A stretch of 64,000 nucleotides of DNA, taken from positions 32,798,001 to 32,862,000 of the forward strand of contig OX597829.1 of NCBI GenBank assembly GCA_951406725.2. The letters run 5' to 3'. The position numbers and the translations under genes are program-made. Within the stretch, counting starts at the first letter, position 1. Each line of letters begins with the position of its first letter. Positions 55,600-64,000 of this stretch are shown here, one piece after another. Source of the stretch: Octopus vulgaris. Lineage: Eukaryota. The notes beneath the pieces were generated by a model, which made no database searches, had not been told where the DNA came from, and saw nothing but the letters and a program-made list of their open reading frames with translations.

Positions 55600-56778
55600 T
55601 TCTGTTCAGAACAGGTTTGAACATTTTAATAAACTGGGTTGGTTTTTTTTTATCTTTCTTCCAATCTCACTTATGTCATGTAGTTTGTGGAAAGGAAAAT
55701 TTAGAAACATTTTCTGACCACATTATTCTATATGTTCACCCAATAGAATTTGGTGAACATTTGTGCTCCGGATTTGTTGTCCGTGAACTCGTGAGCGTTC
55801 CGATAATACATTCCCTGTCTCACCAATATCTAGTTCCTCGCAATTAGAGCATTTAATGCAGTAGATCAACTTTTTACTTTTGCAGTTCATTTCTCCATTT
55901 ATGAAAATCTGTTCATTTTTTTTTTTTTTTTTTGTTCTAGTAGATCTACCTGTATGAATGTATTGACACGTCCCATATCTGTTGTTATTACACTTGGATA
56001 CTGTGAATGTGTTATCCTGTTTATTCATGTTGAATTTTGCCTTTGTTAATAGTTTCTTTAGGTTAGATAAGTGTTTGATTAATCATTATGATTTTTTAAT
56101 ATTTTACTTTGTGTCATGATTGGCAAATTTGTTTCGATTTATGTTTAAAATGCTTTGATGATGCGGATTGTGTGTTACTAGAAATGGTATTGTGTTCGGT
56201 TGATGGGTTCGTCTTTCTCGTATTGCCCTAAGTTGTTCTATAGGTATCACTTTTACTCGTTCTGTGCTATTTTCTATAAGTAGGAGAGGGTATTTTTGCT
56301 TGAGCAGAAATACTTTGAGTTCTATAAGTTGTATGTTCATGGTATTTGGATCATCAACTATAGCACACACTTTCCTAGCTAAACAGTACAGGATGTTGCA
56401 TTTTGTGTGTGTTGTGTGACATGATTTGAAATTTAGGTACTGGTGTGTATCTGTGCTTTTGTGATAAATATCAGTTGTGATTGTGGTGTTGTTTTTAATT
56501 ACCATTATGTCAAAAAATAACTGTATGTTGTTCATTTCCCTTATAAATTTGAGACGAGGGTGTAGATTGTTGAGGAGGGTGCTGAATTCTTCCAAATATT
56601 TTTAGGCGTTTGGTCCAAATTAGGAAACAATCATCGAGGTATCTTTTCCATGTGTCCTCTATATCTTCTAACGGTCATGCCGTCGTTTTCTTCAATTTTT
56701 TAAATATAGGTTTTGTTCCAAATATACCAAAACTGAGTTCACGGAAACTGGAGCAAATCGCGTCTCCATAGCTGTGCC
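55600..56778 (-). mobile_element. Penelope-like element (Neptune-type) RT/GIY-YIG remnant
   Basis: [48 protein letters not shown], and NCKSKKLIYCIKCSNCEELDIGETG. Confidence 0.9.
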
Positions 56779-56833
56779 TCAGTCAAATGACTGAAACAAG
56801 TAAAAGAATAAACGAATATATAAACAGAGAGAC

Positions 56834-56908
<75 letters not shown>

Positions 56909-56909
56909 G

Positions 56910-56954
<45 letters not shown>

Positions 56955-57103
56955 AAGAGGGACGACTCATGGCTTAGTGGTTAGAGCGTTGCACTTCAAT
57001 CCCAGATATTTTTCTACCTGAAAATGTTTTTAACATCTAAATAAGGGTTTGTTTATCCGAAGATGGACCGGTTTGTCGCATGAGATCTGCAAAGAAGCGA
57101 CAA

Positions 57104-57136
<33 letters not shown>

Positions 57137-57194
57137 ACGCGCGCGTATGTGTGCATGCGTTCGTGCGTATGTGCGCGTGCGTGCGTACGTGTGT

Positions 57195-57465
57195 ATGCGC
57201 GTGTGTATGTGTATTATTACGAAGGATCAAAGGGCCTTCCCAAGCCACATGCTCATAAATCCGGTTTTCCGGATTCTATGGGGAATATATTCAGCCTCTA
57301 AACGGGATGCCGGTCTGTGGCGGGATTACTCAATTTTGTAGGCTGAGCAGAGTGAAGCATCGTGAAATGAAGTGTTTTGCTAAAGAACATAACGCATCGC
57401 CTGGTCCAGGGAACAAAACCACAATCTTATCGTGAAGGCAACAACCTAACGACTAGACCATGCAT
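57195..57465 (-). mobile_element. SINE (D/E-related core)
   Basis: Minus-strand head ATGCATGGTCTAGTCGTTAGG..; core ATGTTCTTTAGCAAAACACTTCATTTCACGATGCT. Confidence 0.65.
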
Positions 57466-57491
57466 CTCTACAACATACATACATACATACA

Positions 57492-57525
<34 letters not shown>

Positions 57526-57639
57526 CATACATAAATACATACATACATACATACATACATACATACATACATACATACATACATACATACATACATACAT
57601 ACATACATACATACATACACACACACATTGTATTTATAT

Positions 57640-57925
57640 TTGTGTAACATTGTCTGTTTTTTCCGTCCTTGTTTTTGTATACATTCGATGCTTTCTTCCA
57701 AGGAATCTAATGCTCTTAGCTTAGTTTTTCCTTGGGGCTGGCCAGATTGGAGCAATCTCAAGAATAATCAGCCGAAATTGCGAGGATGATCTGGTTCTTG
57801 ACTGAAGATAGAAAACTTCGAATGACCCGTCCTTGCTTTCTTTGTATCATCTATCTGGATGTTTTGTTGTCCCTTTTTGTATCACCTAGTTGTCCGGATG
57901 TTTTGCGTTCTTGTCCCATTTTGTA
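57640..57925 (+). mobile_element. PLE-like terminal stub (same family as 1283-1409)
   Basis: TAATCAGCCGAAATTGCGAGGATGATC.GGTTCTTGACTGAAGAT..ATGTTTTGCGTTCTTGTCCC shared. Confidence 0.65.
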
Positions 57926-58049
57926 TTATATATATATATATATATACATATATATCGGCGTACGTATACTTTGTTCTCTTATACATACATACATACATAC
58001 ATACATACATACATACATACATACATACATACATACATACATACATACA

Positions 58050-58081
<32 letters not shown>

Positions 58082-58519
58082 ATTATTGGGGCACCAGGAT
58101 ATACAATATACTGACTAAATACCAATATTGATAAACTACGCTTCTCAAAACCAGAAAGGAGAAAACCGACTCGAAGACTACAGACCCAATCCATCACTGG
58201 TACTGTAAAAATCTGTAAAACTTTCCAGAAGTTTATCATTTAAATATATTTGTGTGTATTTCAGTATATATGGATTTGAGTATGAGTATGTCGAGATATG
58301 CAAATATGTGCATGAGAAGACATAAAACAAAATATATGAATCTGCACGTATACATACATACATACATACAAAAATACCCGGGTGATGTTGAAATTCCAAC
58401 GAAGGATCTAGGTTAGAAACTGGCTCTTTTTCTATTGGCAAGAAATCTTGAAATAAAACTGAATAATGACATACATACATACATACCTACATACTTACAT
58501 ATAGATTTATAAACACATA

Positions 58520-58542
58520 TACATTTATATGTATACATATAC

Positions 58543-58583
<41 letters not shown>

Positions 58584-58615
58584 TTATATGTATGTATTTA
58601 TATGTATACATATAC

Positions 58616-58654
<39 letters not shown>

Positions 58655-58686
58655 TTATATGTATGTATTTATATGTATACATATAC

Positions 58687-58742
<56 letters not shown>

Positions 58743-58770
58743 CACTTATATGTATGTATTTATATATATA
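58520..58770. repeat. Minisatellite, unit CACTTATATGTATGTATTTATATGTATACATATACGTG(TA)n, ~3.5 copies
   Basis: Direct reading. Confidence 0.85.
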
Positions 58771-60140
58771 AATATATTTGCATGTATGTGTGTATGTATG
58801 TATGTATGTATGTATGTATGCACATATGTACATTCACATTTTCATACATAAGCACATATATATATATATTTGCACTGAACAATATACACGTGTCGAATAA
58901 CAAGAGCAATAATAATCCAAAACGGCCTACCCGCCCGGCTAATCTCTGACACCCTGTTCGGATGTTGCGTGTACCGACGGGTATCGCATGAACCGTTATT
59001 TTAACAGCATCTGTAATGAAGCATCTCAGAGAATGTTTAACAAAGAAAAAAACAAGAAATATTAAAAGACGGGGGAAGATGCTTAAGAAAACAAAGAAAT
59101 ACATATTGCAAGAAAAGAAAAGAAAAGAAAAGAAAAACAGGAAAGGGAGGTGAAAAAGAGAGAGAGAGAGGGGGGAATGGAGAAGGGGTGAGAGAAAAAT
59201 AATAAAGATGTGTTGAGAAAGATACAGCATGTCGTTAGATGTGTTCAATGTGAGGTTTTGACTACCAGCACTGCAATTAAGTGTTGTACCGTAAATTTCT
59301 CTTTACACCCACACCAGCATATCAGCGAAGGAAATGGTAAACAGTGAGAGAAAAAGAAAGAGAGTAAAAGAAGGGTGGAGAGAAAAAGAGTGGGAAGAAG
59401 ATAAATTAACAGTGACATAAAAAAAAACCGCCATCAACGTGTGTTTATTGAGTCCCAGCAATTTAGTTAAACATGCAACCGAATGTCGACTGCTCCTACC
59501 TTTGACCGACATCGATGGCAACAATCAGAGACACCACCAAATATCATCAAACATCACTCCTAGAAACAGTAACGTATGATGAGTAGTAAAAGAGTGTATG
59601 TGAAACCTTAAACTATGGTAAACTTCATTATAATTCCACGAATCAATGCAATGTTTAAAAAATAGCATCAGTGTATGGATAGATATCTGGTCTGTTAGCA
59701 TTTATTTACATGCCTGTATGTATCCCATAATCCCATAGGATGATCACATTCTCTTCCTCAGTGATGGACTCTAGATGATATTTATATTACTTCTTAGGAT
59801 ACGGAATATTATAGTGACGGCATATGCTCCAGTGCAAGTATTGTCCAACTCAATCATGCTTGGTTTTATAAGGTTTCTGTCGGGACAAGGACTAGGCAAC
59901 GGGCAACAATGTGATCAATACTCTCAATCTTGTCATTTCAGAGACAACATTTTGTGTCTAACTCATTGCTTGATAGTTTTGCGTGAGGAGGTCCTGATCT
60001 CGTACTGCTAGGATAAATCATTCTGTTTCGGTATTCAAACCTGCACTCTGTAGCCACTAATAGGTTCTTCTCATATATATATATCAGCATCCCCATAAAA
60101 TGTTTTTTCGTGCCACAGTCTCGATTGTTATTATTATTGT

Positions 60141-60886
<746 letters not shown>

Positions 60887-60923
60887 TATTATTATTATTA
60901 TTACTATTGTTATTATTGTTATT

Positions 60924-60959
<36 letters not shown>

Positions 60960-60981
60960 ATTATTATTATTATTATTATTA

Positions 60982-61033
<52 letters not shown>

Positions 61034-61045
61034 TAATACTAATAT

Positions 61046-61094
<49 letters not shown>

Positions 61095-61118
61095 GCTGCT
61101 ATTATTTTTATTATTACT

Positions 61119-61157
<39 letters not shown>

Positions 61158-61162
61158 ATACT

Positions 61163-61498
61163 GGTCGAGTAACAGATCTCGCTCAAAAGGTCCCTGAACA
61201 AGGGTTGTTTAAGGATGTTGATCGAAACACCCATGTTTCCAGAGGTGAATTATTCAAACCCCAAAGAATCCCTCTCAACACATGGCTATGATGCTCTCAC
61301 ACTACTTCTGCTCGTGATCAGAGATGCACATATCGTCAGCCACTAAGGGACATGCTCAACTGGTTAAGGTAAAACAACTGACAAGCAAATTTGTGGTATT
61401 GAGCAGAATATTTGCTGTAGCCCATCTTCAAGACAAAATATGTACATGATAACACTTCCAATCAGTTAAGATCAGAAGCCACCAGAGCCACTGTCTCA
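61163..61498 (-). mobile_element. Retroposon family X fragment
   Basis: Homologous to 62230-62500; flanked by trinucleotide repeats. Confidence 0.85.
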
Positions 61499-61514
61499 TT
61501 ATTATTATTATTAT

Positions 61515-61587
<73 letters not shown>

Positions 61588-61660
61588 GGTGGTGGTGGTG
61601 GTGGTGGTGGTGGTGGTGGTGGTGGGGGCGGCGGCGGCGGTGGTGGTGGTGGTGGTAGTG

Positions 61661-61712
<52 letters not shown>

Positions 61713-61739
61713 CAGCAAAAGCATTATTATCCCGCGATC

Positions 61740-61975
61740 GTGATTACAATTCATAGAATGAGTGATACATTGTGTTTTTGAGCAAAACACTTCATCTCAC
61801 GTTGCTCTGCGATCACTTTGGACACCCGACGTGTGGCATTCCCTGCACCTGTTTAGGCAACGTTGATTTGATGAAGAAAGTAAGCTAATGTGCGGCACGA
61901 ACATTTGCTCACTATAAACAAATCATTGGTGCAGGTCGTTAGGCAAAAGCTGAACATTTATAAGGGAGAGCCCCT
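61740..61975 (+). mobile_element. SINE (family E), partial
   Basis: Homology to 53360-53575. Confidence 0.7.
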
Positions 61976-62032
61976 AATTATCATCTTCGTCGTCGTCGCT
62001 ATCGTCATCATCATCATCATTATTATTATTAT

Positions 62033-63000
62033 TGAGTGAGAGAGCAGTGCATACCATCAAAGTGACACTGAGGTAAAATATACGAAGCCCAGTATACCCA
62101 TCATGACTACACGTCTGATAAGGGTACACCAGGCACATGCATCACAACCATGTGTATGCGACATGGTGATCTCATCTCAAGATAAACAGCACATGACCTT
62201 GCAGGTGGGACCCAGTTAGAATTTTCTTCAGGTCGAGTAACCCATCCCGCTCAAAAGGTCCCTGAATAAGGGTGGTTTAAGGATCTTTGAACGAAACACC
62301 CATGTTTCCAGAGGTGAATTATTCAACCCCCAAAGAATCCCTATCAACACATGGCTATGTTGCTCCCCCACTACTTCTGCTCGTGCTCAGAGATGCACAT
62401 ATCGTCAGACACTAAGGGACATGCTCAGCTGGTTAAGGTAAAACAACTGACAAGCAGATCTGTGGTATTGAATACAATATTTGCTGTAGCCCATCTTTTA
62501 TTATTATTATTATTATTATTGAGTGAGAGAGCAGTGCATGCCATCAAAGTGACACTGGGGTAAAATATACGAAGCCCAGCATACCCATCATGACTACCTG
62601 TCTGATAAGGGTACACCAGGCACATGCATCACAACCATATGTGCGCGACATAGTGATCTCATATCAAGATAAACAGCACATGACCTTGCAGGTGGGGCCC
62701 AGTTAGAATTTTCTTCAGGTCGAGTAGCCCATCCTGCTCAAAAGGTCCCTGAATAAGGGTTGCTTTAGGATGTTGAACGAAAAACCTATGTTTCCAGAGG
62801 TGAATTAGTCAAACTCCAAAGAATCCCTCTCAACACATGGCTATGATGCTCCCCCACTACTTCTGCTCGCGATCAGAGATGCACGTATCGTCAGCCACTA
62901 AGGGACATACTCAACTGGTTAAGGTCAAACAACTGACAAGCAAATCTGTGGTATTGAGCAGAATATTTGCTGTAGCCCATCTTTTATACCAAGACAAAAC
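62033..63000 (-). mobile_element. Two tandem copies of retroposon family X (62033-62498, 62520-63000) separated by (TTA)n
   Basis: Both start (ATT)n-GAGTGAGAGAGCAGTGCAT on the + strand and are ~90% alike, with different distal ends. Confidence 0.9.
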
Positions 63001-63074
<74 letters not shown>

Positions 63075-63080
<6 letters not shown>

Positions 63081-64000
63081 TAGTTTTATTTTTATAACGT
63101 GCTTTCACTGCACCACCGAGCGCAGCTTTGTGTGCCTTGGGTATGTACTGTGGTTTGTTGTGATGCTCTTATTTTCACTGTATTGAAAGTGTTTTACGTA
63201 GGATGTGTGTGGTGCCTAGTAGTGCTATTTTCTCTATGCTATATACATTCGTAAGTCCTGGCGTTTTGGTTGCGCATTTGTTTGAATATTTTTTAATCAT
63301 ACCGAATGTACCTACTATTATAGGAATTGTTTCTGTTTTTAGGCTCCACATTCGAGTTACCTCTATTTGCAGATCTTTGTATTTTGATAGTTTCTCCGTT
63401 TCTTTTAAAGATACTGTGGTGTTAGTAGTGTTATGGGCTGTCATGGAGCTATGTGGCATTGGTGGATGGGATTGCAGATGAGGTAGACGGAAGTGAGCAC
63501 TGCAGGGGCCGGTGGCACAGGCACAGGGGATGCGTGGGCAGGAAGCACATGTGGTCAGTTCGAGTAGAGACGGCAGCGTGAAAAGACGTGTTTATTTCTT
63601 AAGAGTGACCGCTTATTTCGCCGAGGTCAACAGGTAAGGCCTTTTGTATTTCTTTCTCCCGTTTGCTTCTTTTTTTTCCGTCGTCCTTTTCCTCCATCAC
63701 ACTACAGATACATAGTCATTTGTTGGTAATACCATCGATTAGAAGGCATTGTTTTTCTTGGTGATCTCTGACAATTATATCTAATATATTAGTCTTGATT
63801 TCTCTGTATGTATTGTTATATCACAGAGTATGGTTGCTTTCTCATTTTCTGAGACCTTTTCTGAGATGTGCCTATACCATCTTTTTCTGTTGTCATTCCA
63901 TAGTGTTAGAATAGCTTCCACATAGGTTCCAATTCTGACATGTCTGTGAATATATTCTTTCTCAGCCAAAGATTGGGCAACCAGAGACAATATGATTTAT
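63075..64000 (-). mobile_element. Dong/R4-like 3' part interrupted by a solo LTR
   Basis: LAEKEYIHRHVRIGTY, KATILCDITIHT, KETEKLSKYKDLQIEVTRMWSLKTETIPIIVGTFGMIKK; 3' end at (TAA)n. Confidence 0.92.
63415..63706. mobile_element. Solo LTR (292 bp)
   Basis: TGTGGTGT...ACACTACA termini; exact 5-bp TSD GATAC (63410-63414 / 63707-63711). Confidence 0.88.

Noticed and set aside
58520-58770. CRISPR-like repeat-spacer array
   Set aside because: The spacers are just variable (TA)n, the context is eukaryotic, and there are no cas genes

Overview
AT-rich, very microsatellite-dense animal non-coding DNA. The repeat complement (tRNA-headed SINEs with internal (CA)n/(TA)n, Penelope-like elements, Dong/R4, RTE, Tx1, Tc1/mariner) looks like a coleoid cephalopod (Octopus-like) genome; this is an inference. 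I see no convincing intact host protein-coding gene, and almost all listed ORFs are microsatellite artefacts. The window holds four Penelope-like element (PLE) remnants with coding sequence. Three of them carry minimal hammerhead-ribozyme motifs with non-canonical cores, and a separate small PLE-like stub carries another. It also has several short fold-back (inverted-repeat) stubs in (TA)n tracts, several Dong/R4 fragments, and a non-coding retroposon family in (TAA)n/(TAG)n tracts. Other elements are a young RTE 3' end, a Tx1 remnant, four Tc1/mariner remnants, hAT elements, two solo LTRs with TSDs, and a ~1 kb fold-back element enclosing telomere-like TTAGGG repeats. Coordinates were read by eye; degenerate boundaries are approximate.
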